DNA from: Candidatus Rokuibacteriota bacterium
Lineage (GTDB): Bacteria > Methylomirabilota > Methylomirabilia > Rokubacteriales > CSP1-6
Reading direction: 5' to 3'
DNA length: 64,000 nt
NCBI GenBank assembly: GCA_016179965.1
Contig: JACPCF010000059.1
Span: 972-64,971 of the forward strand
Positions 19,176 through 27,800 of this stretch are shown here, in pieces. The stretch's first letter is position 1. Every line of letters begins with the position of its first letter. The notes under the pieces are model-generated. The model was given only the letters and a program-made list of their open reading frames with translations. It made no database searches and had not been told where the DNA came from. The position numbers and the translations under genes are program-made.

Positions 19176-21679
19176 GCCCCTTCCCTCCGCCAGGCGGTGA
19201 TCCGCTCCTTGAGCTCCTCCACCAGGGCGCGCGCCCGCTCCCGGTCCGCCGACTCGCCGACCACGTGGAAGCAGGCTCGATCCGGGTCGGGGATCGCGGC
19301 GACCCACTCCTCCCCCATGCGGATGCGGACCCCTTCGACCAGCTCCACGGCCTGCCCTTTGGTCGCGGCGAGCAGGCGGCGCATGACGCCTCCCTTCTCC
19401 TCGTTGGGGCACGGAACCTCTCCGCGCGTCACGTGGCTCTCCGGCACCGCCCGGACGAGGGTGTGCAGCCGGACCTCCAGCCGCGCCATCATTTCGAGCA
19501 GCTCGACCACCGCCGCCATCGCGTCGAAGGCCGGCTGGAACGCGGGGAAGATGAACCCGCCCAGCTCCTCTCCGACGAGGGCGACGCCCGCACCCAGCGC
19601 GGCTTCGGCGAGCGAGCGCGGGCTCCCGCGAGAGCGCAGCAGGCGGAAGCCGTGCTCCTCGGCGAGCCGGTCCATGACCTGGGAGGCCGTGATCGGGACC
19701 ACCACCGTCCCGGGAGGTTGCGTGCGCATCACGAGGAGCGCCATCAGGGCCAGGGCGAGGTCGCCGGGAAGGATCTCTCCCTTCTCGTCCACGAGGAAGA
19801 CCTTCTCGCCACCCGTGTCCAGGAGCACCCCCAGGTCCGCCCCCAGCGTCCGGACGATGTTGGAGAGCTGATCCAGCGAGCGGCGGAACTCGTCGGTGGT
19901 CTTCGCGATGCGCGTCTCGTCCAGGTACGCGTTGAGGGAGATCACCTCCACGCCCAGCTCTCCCAGGATCGCGGGAAAGATGGCGGAGGCCGGGCCGAAG
20001 GCGTAGTCCAGGACGATTCGGAGCTGGGCCCGCCGCACCACCTCCCGATCGACGGTCCGGAGGAGGCCGTCGCAGTACCGGTCGGTCCCGGCGTGGGGGA
20101 AGGAGAGGACCCCGGTCTCGTCCGTGGGCGCGCGGTAGAAATCCTCGCGGAAGAAGAGGCGCTCCACCGCTTTCTCGCGCTCCGGCGCCAGGTCCAGGCC
20201 GCGCGCGTCGAAGAATTTGATGTCGAGCAGCTCCCGGTCGTACGGCGACTTCCGCACGTGGCTTCCCCCGGCCAATCCCAGCGCCGGAATCTGATAGCGC
20301 ACGACCGGGATCGGCGCCACGCCCAAGTCGTGGACGTCCACGCCCACCGAGAGCAGGCCGGCCATCAGCGCCCGATTGATCATCCGGGAGGTCTTGTGGT
20401 GATCGCGGCTCGTGATGACGGCGCGGCGCTTGCCGAGGCTGGCCCCGACGGCGCCGCCGAGCTTGGAGGCGAACTCGGGTGAGACCTCGATGTTGGCCAG
20501 CCCCGTGACGCCGTAGCGGCCGAACAGGGCCCGCGACCACCGCTCGCCCCAGACGAGGCTCACGGCCAGCGTGGCGCCGTCCTCCACCTCCTTGTACGGC
20601 CAGACCTTCACGTTGGCCTTGAGCGCGCTGGACTCGCCGATCTTCGAGAAGTCGCCGACGGCCACGCCTTCGGCGAGGAAGGCCTTGGCCCGGACCGTCG
20701 CGCCCCGCCCGACGATGGCCTCCTTCAGCACGGCTCCGGGACCGACACGCGCCGCCTCCCAGAGGACGCTCCCCGTGACCTCCGCCCCCTCTTCGACGAT
20801 CGCCCCCGGACCGATCACCGAGTCGGCGATCCGCGCGCCGGCCTCCACGCGGGCCCCGCGCCCCACGATGACCCCGCCCGTGAGCGCGGCGGCCGAGTTC
20901 ACCTGGGCGAAGTCGTCGAGCCAGATGCGGTGGGCCGTGCCCGGCTGCCGCCGACCCGGAATCTCCGCCCGCAGCCTCCCCTGGAGGAGATCCAGGTGGG
21001 CCAGCCGGTACTCCGTGAGGTCACCGACGTCGCGCCAGTAGCCCTCGGCCACGTGGCCGTAGAGGCGACGCCCCTCCGCCAGCAGCGCGGGAAAGAGCTC
21101 TTTGCCGAAGTCGTACTCCCGGTGGGGTGGGATCGCGTCGAAGACGGACGGCTCCAGGATGTAGATCCCGGTGTTGATGGTGTCGCTGAAGACCTCCCCC
21201 CATCCGGGCTTCTCAAGGAAGCGGGTGATGCGGCCCGCCTCGGCGGTGATCACGATGCCGTACGGGAGCGGATGCTGGACCCGGGTGAGCACCATGGTCG
21301 CCTCGGCCCGCCGCTCGCGGTGAAACGCGACCGCGGCTGCCAGGTCGAAGTCGGTGAGCACATCACCCGAAATGACCAGAACGGACTCCGCCGGCGTGCC
21401 GACGGCGAACTTGACAGCGCCGGCCGTGCCGAGATCCGCCGTCGGCGTGAGGTAGCGGAGCGTGACGCCCAAACGGCCGCCGTCGCCGAAGTGGCCGGTG
21501 ATGGTCTCGGGGAGGAAATAGAGGAGCGCCTGGAGGTCGGTGAAGCCGTGGCGGTGGAGGAGGCGGACCGTGTGCTCCATGATGGGGACGTTTCCCATGG
21601 GAACCATGGGCTTGGGGACGTGCGTCGTGAGGGGCCGGAGCCGGGTTCCGAATCCCCCCGCCATGATGAGAGCCCTCAT
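19172..21679 (-). CDS. Bifunctional mannose-1-phosphate guanylyltransferase (N-terminal nucleotidyltransferase plus a left-handed beta-helix) / phosphomannomutase-phosphoglucomutase (C-terminal).
   Basis: The N-terminus is MRALIMAGGFGTRLRPLT, with hexapeptide repeats in the middle. The C-terminal alpha-D-phosphohexomutase domains include TASQV (a variant of the TASHNP phosphoserine loop). Confidence 0.8.
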   Translation of the reverse strand: MRALIMAGGFGTRLRPLTTHVPKPMVPMGNVPIMEHTVRLLHRHGFTDLQALLYFLPETITGHFGDGGRLGVTLRYLTPTADLGTAGAVKFAVGTPAESVLVISGDVLTDFDLAAAVAFHRERRAEATMVLTRVQHPLPYGIVITAEAGRITRFLEKPGWGEVFSDTINTGIYILEPSVFDAIPPHREYDFGKELFPALLAEGRRLYGHVAEGYWRDVGDLTEYRLAHLDLLQGRLRAEIPGRRQPGTAHRIWLDDFAQVNSAAALTGGVIVGRGARVEAGARIADSVIGPGAIVEEGAEVTGSVLWEAARVGPGAVLKEAIVGRGATVRAKAFLAEGVAVGDFSKIGESSALKANVKVWPYKEVEDGATLAVSLVWGERWSRALFGRYGVTGLANIEVSPEFASKLGGAVGASLGKRRAVITSRDHHKTSRMINRALMAGLLSVGVDVHDLGVAPIPVVRYQIPALGLAGGSHVRKSPYDRELLDIKFFDARGLDLAPEREKAVERLFFREDFYRAPTDETGVLSFPHAGTDRYCDGLLRTVDREVVRRAQLRIVLDYAFGPASAIFPAILGELGVEVISLNAYLDETRIAKTTDEFRRSLDQLSNIVRTLGADLGVLLDTGGEKVFLVDEKGEILPGDLALALMALLVMRTQPPGTVVVPITASQVMDRLAEEHGFRLLRSRGSPRSLAEAALGAGVALVGEELGGFIFPAFQPAFDAMAAVVELLEMMARLEVRLHTLVRAVPESHVTRGEVPCPNEEKGGVMRRLLAATKGQAVELVEGVRIRMGEEWVAAIPDPDRACFHVVGESADRERARALVEELKERITAWRREGA

Positions 21680-21760
21680 GACCGCTCCTCGCGGGGAACA
21701 AAGAGAACGAATCAATTATACAGGAGCGGCGCGTGGGACGGTAAAGCGGCCGCCGCCGTC

Positions 21761-22480
21761 TTACTGCAGCCGGTAGGGGTGGCGGGGTCGAAGCGCGTAC
21801 AACAGCACGATGCCGGCGAGGAACCCGCCGATGTGGGCGAACCACGCCACGCCGCCCTCGGGCCCCTGGCCGGCCACGGACGCGCCGAAGGTGATCAGGC
21901 CGTTGAGGAACTGCACGATGATCCAGAAGCCCAGGACGAAGAGGGCAGGGATCCGGACGATCCGGATGAAAAAGCCGAAGACGATCAGCGTGAGCACGCT
22001 GGCGTAGGGGAAGAGCACCAGGTACGCCCCCAGCACGCCCGAGACGGCGCCGCTGGCGCCGATCATCGGGGTCGCGGAGGAGGGACCCACGAGGGTCTGG
22101 CCGAGGGCGGCGGCGACGCCCGACGCGAGGTAGAACCCCAGGAAACGCCCGTGCCCGAGGGTGTCCTCGACGTTGTTGCCGAAGATCCAGAGGTAGAGCA
22201 TGTTGCCGAACACGTGGAAGAACCCGCCGTGCATGAACATGGAGGTGAAGATCGTCGCCACCGGATGGGGGAAATCCGCCGGCACTTCGCAGGCGCCCGT
22301 GAGTCGGCAGGGGATCAGCCCGAACTCGAAGATGAACGCCTGGGCGGCGCGGGAGGCCACGGGGTCGTCCCCGAGCTGGAGCGAGGCCTGGTAGAGAAAG
22401 ACCAGGATATTGGACGCGATGAGCCCGACGGTGACGAACGGCACCGTGCGGGTGGGGATGTCGTCCTTCAGGGGAAGCAT
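21761..22480 (-). CDS. Rhomboid family intramembrane serine protease.
   Basis: It has six TM segments, the GASGAVSG catalytic serine motif and a downstream AHIGG histidine. Confidence 0.8.
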   Translation of the reverse strand: MLPLKDDIPTRTVPFVTVGLIASNILVFLYQASLQLGDDPVASRAAQAFIFEFGLIPCRLTGACEVPADFPHPVATIFTSMFMHGGFFHVFGNMLYLWIFGNNVEDTLGHGRFLGFYLASGVAAALGQTLVGPSSATPMIGASGAVSGVLGAYLVLFPYASVLTLIVFGFFIRIVRIPALFVLGFWIIVQFLNGLITFGASVAGQGPEGGVAWFAHIGGFLAGIVLLYALRPRHPYRLQ

Positions 22481-22489
22481 GGGGCGCCC

Positions 22490-23806
22490 CTACTTGGGGA
22501 TCGGCTTCAGCACCGTGACCGTGGGGTTCGCGAGATAGCGGCTGGCAACGCGCTGGATATCCTCGAGCGTGACGGCCTCCACGGCCTTGGCGTAGCGATC
22601 GAGGAACTCGTGTCCCACGCCGGCGAGCTCGAAAAAGGCGAAGTACCACACCTGGCGCGCGTTGGTGCGGCGGTCCATGGCCAGATTCCCCAGCAGGAAG
22701 GCCTTGGCCCGCTGGAGTTCGTCCGGCGTCACCCGCTCCTCCCGAATCCGCGCCACCTCCCGCCGGAGCCCCTCCTCCGCGCGGACCAGGTTCTCGGCCG
22801 CGGTCCCCATGTGGATCACAAAAAAGCTGGTATCCGCGCGCGAGGGGTAGAGCGCGCCGAGCGAGTAGGCCAGCCCCTGATTGTCCCGGAGCTCCACGAA
22901 GAGGCGGCCGGCCATTCCGCCGCCCAGGAGGGTGCTGAGAACCTTGACGCCCGCATAGTCCGGCTGGCTCAGCGACGGCGCCAGGTACCCCATGAGGATC
23001 TGCGCCTGGGCGGCGGGGCGCTCCAGGACCTGGCGCGCGTTGGCTGCGGTGGGAGGCGGCGGGGCCGAGTCGTCCGCCCCAGAGCCCGCCGGCAGGTCGG
23101 CGAACAGCCGCCCCACCTCCTCCACCACCGCCTGCGCCGAGACCTGGCCGCTGACCGCGAGCACGATCCGGCCGGCGCGGTAGTGGCGCCGATAATGGTC
23201 CAAGAGCTGCGCCCGATCCAGCCGCTCCACCGTTTGGCGCTGGCCGAGCGCCGGGCGCCCGTAGGGGTGGGGACCGTAGAGGGAGGCCAAGAGCGTGTCA
23301 AACGTGAGGGGGAACGGCAGATCGCCGCGGTTGCGGATCTGGTTCAGGATCACGCGCCGCTCGTTCTCGATCTCGTCGGCCGGCAGGCTCGGCCTGAGGG
23401 CCACATCGGCGAGGAGGTCCAGCAGGGCCTTCCAGTGCCGAGCGAGCGCCGTGCCCCGAAGCTCGGCGTAATCCGTGTCCCCCGAGGCGCTCACGCTGCC
23501 GCCGATCTCCTCGGCCGCCTCCGCGATCTCCTGGGCGCTCCGGCGGGCCGTCCCTTTGACCATCACGTGCTGGAGGAGATTCGAGATCCCCGCGTTCTCG
23601 GGACGCTCCCAGCGCCCGCCCATCCTCACTTGGAGCGACACGGCCACCACGGGCGCGGCCGGGTTTTCCCGTACCAGGAGCGTGAGACCGTTGGCGAATC
23701 GGTGACGGAGGATGGGGGGAACGTGGCCGGCAGCCCAGGAGTTGCCGGGAATCATGGCGAGCCCCCCCGCCACCATCAGCCAGAGCGCCGCCGCCCGAGG
23801 CTTCAT
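22490..23806 (-). CDS. M16 family peptidase-like protein, probably the non-catalytic partner (HxxEH replaced by NxxQH).
   Basis: It has a signal peptide and the M16 fold, with ISNLLQHVMVKG at the zinc-motif position. It overlaps the upstream M16 gene by ATGA. Confidence 0.75.
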   Translation of the reverse strand: MKPRAAALWLMVAGGLAMIPGNSWAAGHVPPILRHRFANGLTLLVRENPAAPVVAVSLQVRMGGRWERPENAGISNLLQHVMVKGTARRSAQEIAEAAEEIGGSVSASGDTDYAELRGTALARHWKALLDLLADVALRPSLPADEIENERRVILNQIRNRGDLPFPLTFDTLLASLYGPHPYGRPALGQRQTVERLDRAQLLDHYRRHYRAGRIVLAVSGQVSAQAVVEEVGRLFADLPAGSGADDSAPPPPTAANARQVLERPAAQAQILMGYLAPSLSQPDYAGVKVLSTLLGGGMAGRLFVELRDNQGLAYSLGALYPSRADTSFFVIHMGTAAENLVRAEEGLRREVARIREERVTPDELQRAKAFLLGNLAMDRRTNARQVWYFAFFELAGVGHEFLDRYAKAVEAVTLEDIQRVASRYLANPTVTVLKPIPK

Positions 23807-25158
23807 CGGCCTTCGCTCGCCGGGGTGAAGGCCAGCACGGCGTAGCGGTCGGCGAGGAGGTAGCGCCGGGCCGCTTCCTGGATCTGCTCCCGGGTGACGC
23901 TCCGGACGCGCTCCAGGTAGCGGAGCTCCTCCTCCAGACGCCAGACCGTCTCGGCCAGGCCGTAGGCGTAGGCCAGCCCCTCGGCCGTCTCGATGGCAAA
24001 GGCGTGCTCGGCCTCGGCCGCCGTGACGGCGCGCCGGCGCTCGACTTCGCTGACGCCGTCGGTCTGGATGCGCCGGATCTCCGCCAGGATCACCGCCTCG
24101 ACCTTTTCCAGATCCTTGGGTTCCAGTTGGGCAGAGACGCTGACGAGTCCCCCGCCCTGCAGCGCGCCATAGCTGGCGCGAATGGACGAGACCAGCCGGC
24201 TCCGCTCGCGCAGCGTCTGGTTGAGGCGCGAGCTCCGCGAGCCGCCGAGGATGGACGCCAGAAGGTCCACGGCAAACACGTCTGGATGATCCAGCGGAGG
24301 GGCGCTCCACCCCAGCGCCAGATACGCCTGCTTCTCGTTCCGGGACACCACGTGCCGCCGCACCCCCGCCAGGGCCGGCGGGAGCGGAAGAGGCGAGCGG
24401 CGGGAGCCAACGGCCGGGACCCTGGCGAACGTCCGGGCCACCGCGGCGCGGATCTCGTCGGGATCGACGGCGCCGATCACGACCAGCGCCATGTTGTCGG
24501 GAACGTAGTGGCGCTTGTAGTAGCCCCGGATCGTTTCCCGGGTGGCCGCCTTCAGCGCGCCCTCGTCGCCCAGGACCGGGCGCCCGTAGGGGTGTCCCGG
24601 AAACACGTGGGCGTAGAGCTGGCGGAAGAGCGACGACCGAGGGTTATCCTCGCCGAGCCGAACCTCCTCGAAGACCACCTGCCGCTCGCGGTCCACCTCC
24701 CTGGGGTCAAAGGCCGAGTTGAAGGCGACATCGGCCAGCACTTCGATGGCGCGGGTCGCCTGCCGGGTGGGCAGGAGCATGTAGTAGAAGGTGTAGTCGA
24801 GAGAGGTGCCCGCGTTCGTCCGGCCGCCGACCGCTTCGACCTCCCGGTCCATGAAGCCCGGCCCCCGCGTCTCGGTCCCCTTAAAGAGCATGTGCTCAAC
24901 CAAGTGGGAGAACCCGAGCTCCTCCGGACGCTCGTCGCGGCCGCCGACGCCGATCCAGAGGTGGAGCGCCACCACATCGCTCGCCCGGTGCTCCTGGATG
25001 ATCACCCGCATGCCGTTCTCGAGCACTAGACGCGTCGGCCGATCGAGGCCCGCCGGGCCCGCCGAAGGCGCGGAGCCGGTCACGCTGCACCCCGAGAGAA
25101 GAAGCACCAGGGGCCATCCCCACCGGAAAATCGCGCGCGCGCGGGCAGCCGCTGACAT
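23803..25158 (-). CDS. M16 family zinc metallopeptidase (pitrilysin-like), probable lipoprotein.
   Basis: The HxxEH motif is FSHLVEHMLFKG. The N-terminus has a signal peptide with a lipobox (LLLSGC). Confidence 0.8.
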   Translation of the reverse strand: MSAAARARAIFRWGWPLVLLLSGCSVTGSAPSAGPAGLDRPTRLVLENGMRVIIQEHRASDVVALHLWIGVGGRDERPEELGFSHLVEHMLFKGTETRGPGFMDREVEAVGGRTNAGTSLDYTFYYMLLPTRQATRAIEVLADVAFNSAFDPREVDRERQVVFEEVRLGEDNPRSSLFRQLYAHVFPGHPYGRPVLGDEGALKAATRETIRGYYKRHYVPDNMALVVIGAVDPDEIRAAVARTFARVPAVGSRRSPLPLPPALAGVRRHVVSRNEKQAYLALGWSAPPLDHPDVFAVDLLASILGGSRSSRLNQTLRERSRLVSSIRASYGALQGGGLVSVSAQLEPKDLEKVEAVILAEIRRIQTDGVSEVERRRAVTAAEAEHAFAIETAEGLAYAYGLAETVWRLEEELRYLERVRSVTREQIQEAARRYLLADRYAVLAFTPASEGR

Positions 25159-25244
25159 GGGCGACTCAGCGTACCAAACTTTGCGGGAGGCGACAAGCAA
25201 ACGCCCCGCGCGCGGCGAACGATGGTGCGCGGGAGACGGGTTCC

Positions 25245-26501
25245 ATGTACTATGGGAATGATCATGAGCCGGAGCCGAGGATGAGCCCACTGAGCCGGTG
25301 GCAGGTCCTCTTCGCGGCCAGCGGCGGATTCTTCGTCGTCATCGGGTGGCAGCTGCTCCCCTCCCCGCTAGCCGCCCTGCTGCTCGCGCTGGGCGGCGGA
25401 CTCTTCGGGGTGGCGCTCGCGCCTCGAGTCTGGCGGCACAGCCCCGCCAAAGGCCCCGCCGACACCGAGCGCCTCGAAGCGACCGTCGCCGCCTTTCAGG
25501 AAGGGATGCTCGACCTCTACTCGCTGGTGGAACTGGGCCGCACCATCAGCGCCTCGCTCGACCTGGACCAGCTCTTCACCACGACCATGAAGCGGGTGGC
25601 CGAAACGACCGGCGTGGAAAGCTACGCGCTCTTCCTGCACGACGAGACGGGGGACAAGCTCGTCGCGCGGACCGTCAGCGGGACGGGCACGGAGGCCCTG
25701 CAGGATCGCGCCTTCGCGATCGGCGAGGGGCTCGCCGGACGCGTCTACCAGAGCCGGTCGCCGGAGACGCAGTCCGCCGGGAGTCCCCTCCCCTGGCCGG
25801 ACGTCCCTTCCCACGTCCGGTCGGTCGTCGCGCTTCCTCTGTCCTCCTCGGCCGAGCGAACCCTCGGCGTCCTCCTGCTCTATTCGCCCACCGCCGGGGC
25901 GTTCGGCGAACGGCAGACGGCCTACTTCACCGCGGTCGCCAAGCAGCTCGCCATCGCTCTGGAGAACGCCCAGCTCTTCATCAAGACGCGGGAGCTGAGC
26001 TACCGCGACGCGCTCACGGGCCTGTTCAACCGCCGGTATTTCGAGGAAGCCCTGGACCGGGAGGTGCGGCGGGCGGTCCGCTACAACCTGCCCGTGGGGT
26101 TGCTCATGGCGGACATCGACCATTTCAAGATCTACAACGACAGCCAGGGACACCATCAGGGGGATAACGTCCTCAAGGAAGTGACGGCCCGCCTCACCGA
26201 GAATACCCGACAGGTGGACATCGTCGCCCGCATCGGCGGCGAGGAATTCGTCGTCATCCTCCCGATGACCACGAAGACGCATGCCCGCCTGGTGGCCGAG
26301 AAGCTTCGGCGCTCGGTGGAGGAGACCAAGATCCCCGGGGAAGAAGTCCTGCCGGGAGGACGATTGACCATCAGCCTCGGGCTCGCCGCCTACCCCGAGG
26401 ATGCCTCCGACCCCACGGGGCTCGTCCAGGCGGCGGATGCGGCGCTGTACACGGCCAAACGCAAGGGGCGCAACCGGACCGAAATGCTTGGCCGTTCCTA
26501 A
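25245..26501 (+). CDS. GAF domain-containing diguanylate cyclase (GGDEF).
   Basis: It has two N-terminal TM helices, a GAF region and a C-terminal GGDEF domain with an intact GGEEF motif and a RxxD I-site (RYNLPVGLLMADIDHF…RIGGEEFVV). Confidence 0.8.
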   Translation: MYYGNDHEPEPRMSPLSRWQVLFAASGGFFVVIGWQLLPSPLAALLLALGGGLFGVALAPRVWRHSPAKGPADTERLEATVAAFQEGMLDLYSLVELGRTISASLDLDQLFTTTMKRVAETTGVESYALFLHDETGDKLVARTVSGTGTEALQDRAFAIGEGLAGRVYQSRSPETQSAGSPLPWPDVPSHVRSVVALPLSSSAERTLGVLLLYSPTAGAFGERQTAYFTAVAKQLAIALENAQLFIKTRELSYRDALTGLFNRRYFEEALDREVRRAVRYNLPVGLLMADIDHFKIYNDSQGHHQGDNVLKEVTARLTENTRQVDIVARIGGEEFVVILPMTTKTHARLVAEKLRRSVEETKIPGEEVLPGGRLTISLGLAAYPEDASDPTGLVQAADAALYTAKRKGRNRTEMLGRS

Positions 26502-26648
26502 CCCTTCCCCCGGCCTTTCGGGGCGGGCAGATTGTCGGTCTTGGGTCGGGCAGAAAGCCAGCGGAGAGGGGTCAAAAAGGGTTGGTATCCTCGCCCTATC
26601 GTCATGTAACATATTGATAAGTGGGAACAATAGTTTATGCCTCCCCCC

Positions 26649-26664
26649 TGGCATCCATCCTGCT
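26649..26664 (+). promoter_or_regulatory. Candidate sigma54-type -24/-12 promoter element (TGGCAT-N6-TGCT) in a low-GC leader upstream of the repeat-protein gene.
   Basis: The GG and GC dinucleotides are spaced exactly 12 nt apart (TGGCATccatccTGCTtt). The surrounding ~300 nt is ~50% GC against a ~68% background. Confidence 0.25.
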
Positions 26665-26805
26665 TTACCTATTGGCAAGCCAAGACCATCCGGAGTAGAG
26701 AGACTTCTGAAAAAGGAGGTGGGGGAAGCAGGTCGGCCGGGGGGTAGGCAAAGGTTCCGTGAGACACACGACTCAACAAGACAAAAGGAGAAAGGGCAAA
26801 CCCAA

Positions 26806-27717
26806 ATGAGAAAGGTGTTCGCAACCCTGATGGTGTTCTTCCTCTTCGTGGCGCTTTCGCCGATGGTGGTCGAGGCGGCTTCGCCTTGCCCGCCTGAGGT
26901 GCAGGCGGCCAAGGACATGCTGGCCAAGCAGGTTGCCAGGGGCCAGGATGTGCAGGCGCCCCGCGCCCTCGCCGGTGCCCGGAGCCAGGATGTGCAGGCT
27001 CCTCGCGGCCAGGATGTCCAGGCGCCCCGTGGTCAGGATGTTCAGGCCCCTCGCGGCCAGGATGTGCAGGCGCCCCGCTCCCTCGCCGGTGCCCGGAGCC
27101 AGGATGTTCAGGCTCCTCGCGGTCAGGATGTCCAGGCCCCTCGCGGTCAGGATGTCCAGGCCCCTCGTGGCCAGGACATTCAGGCGCCCCGCGCCCTAGG
27201 CCGTAGTCAGGATGTGCAGGCGCCTCGCGGTCAGGATGTGCAAGCGCCCCGCGGCCAGGATGTTCAGGCCCCTCGCGGTCAGGATATCCAGGCTCCTCGC
27301 GGCCAGGATGTTCAGGCGCCCCGCGGTAAGCGCGTCGAGGCGCCGCGTGGTCAGGATGTCCAGGCCCCTCGCGGTCAGGATGTGCAAGCGCCCCGCGGTC
27401 AGGATGTCCAGGCCCCTCGCGGCCAGGATGTCCAGGCCCCTCGCGGCCAGGATGTTCAGGCTCCTCGCGGTCAGGATGTGCAGGCGCCGCGTGGTCAGGA
27501 TGTCCAGGCCCCTCGCGGTCAGGATATCCAGGCTCCTCGCGGCCAGGATGTGCAGGCGCCCCGCGCCGGCACCACTGGCGCCAAGGCTGCCCAGGCGCCC
27601 CGCGCTGACAAGGCTCGGATCCTCGTGAACGAGGCCGAGGCCGCGTGCAAGGCCGGCGACACCGCCAAGGCGACCGAGAAGGCCAAGGCCGCCATGGCGA
27701 TCCTGCAGCAGAAGTAA
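26806..27717 (+). CDS. Secreted octapeptide-repeat protein: a signal peptide, 26 x (R/G)GQDVQAPR units, and a short Lys/Ala-rich C-terminal tail.
   Basis: A strong RBS (AAAGGAGAAAGGG) is followed by ATG. The N-terminus MRKVFATLMVFFLFVALSPMVVEA is a signal peptide. Residues 46-253 are 26 in-frame octapeptide units. The gene has its own terminator. Confidence 0.8.
   Translation: MRKVFATLMVFFLFVALSPMVVEAASPCPPEVQAAKDMLAKQVARGQDVQAPRALAGARSQDVQAPRGQDVQAPRGQDVQAPRGQDVQAPRSLAGARSQDVQAPRGQDVQAPRGQDVQAPRGQDIQAPRALGRSQDVQAPRGQDVQAPRGQDVQAPRGQDIQAPRGQDVQAPRGKRVEAPRGQDVQAPRGQDVQAPRGQDVQAPRGQDVQAPRGQDVQAPRGQDVQAPRGQDVQAPRGQDIQAPRGQDVQAPRAGTTGAKAAQAPRADKARILVNEAEAACKAGDTAKATEKAKAAMAILQQK
26941..27564 (+). 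repeat. In-frame coding tandem array: 26 x 24 bp (consensus GGYCAGGATGTSCAGGCSCCYCGY).
   Basis: Units differ mostly at synonymous third positions. ALAGA/SLAGA/ALG linkers occur every fourth unit near the start of the array. Confidence 0.9.
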
Positions 27718-27736
27718 GTTCCCTCGGTTCCTCCAG

Positions 27737-27771
27737 GGCCCCAGGGCAACCCCCTGGGGCCTTCTTTTTTT
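27737..27771 (+). terminator. Rho-independent terminator of the repeat-protein gene.
   Basis: GGCCCCAGGG-caacc-CCCTGGGGCC, a 10-bp perfect stem, is followed by TTCTTTTTTT. Confidence 0.75.
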
Positions 27772-27800
27772 CTCCACCCAACGGGTATAGAATCCCCCCG

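Noticed and set aside
26941-27564. The regular 24-bp repeat array could be read as a CRISPR array or a non-coding minisatellite.
   Set aside because: There are no spacers, because the units are contiguous. The array is in-frame within a signal-peptide ORF that has an RBS and a terminator. Variation is synonymous. It is therefore a coding tandem repeat.
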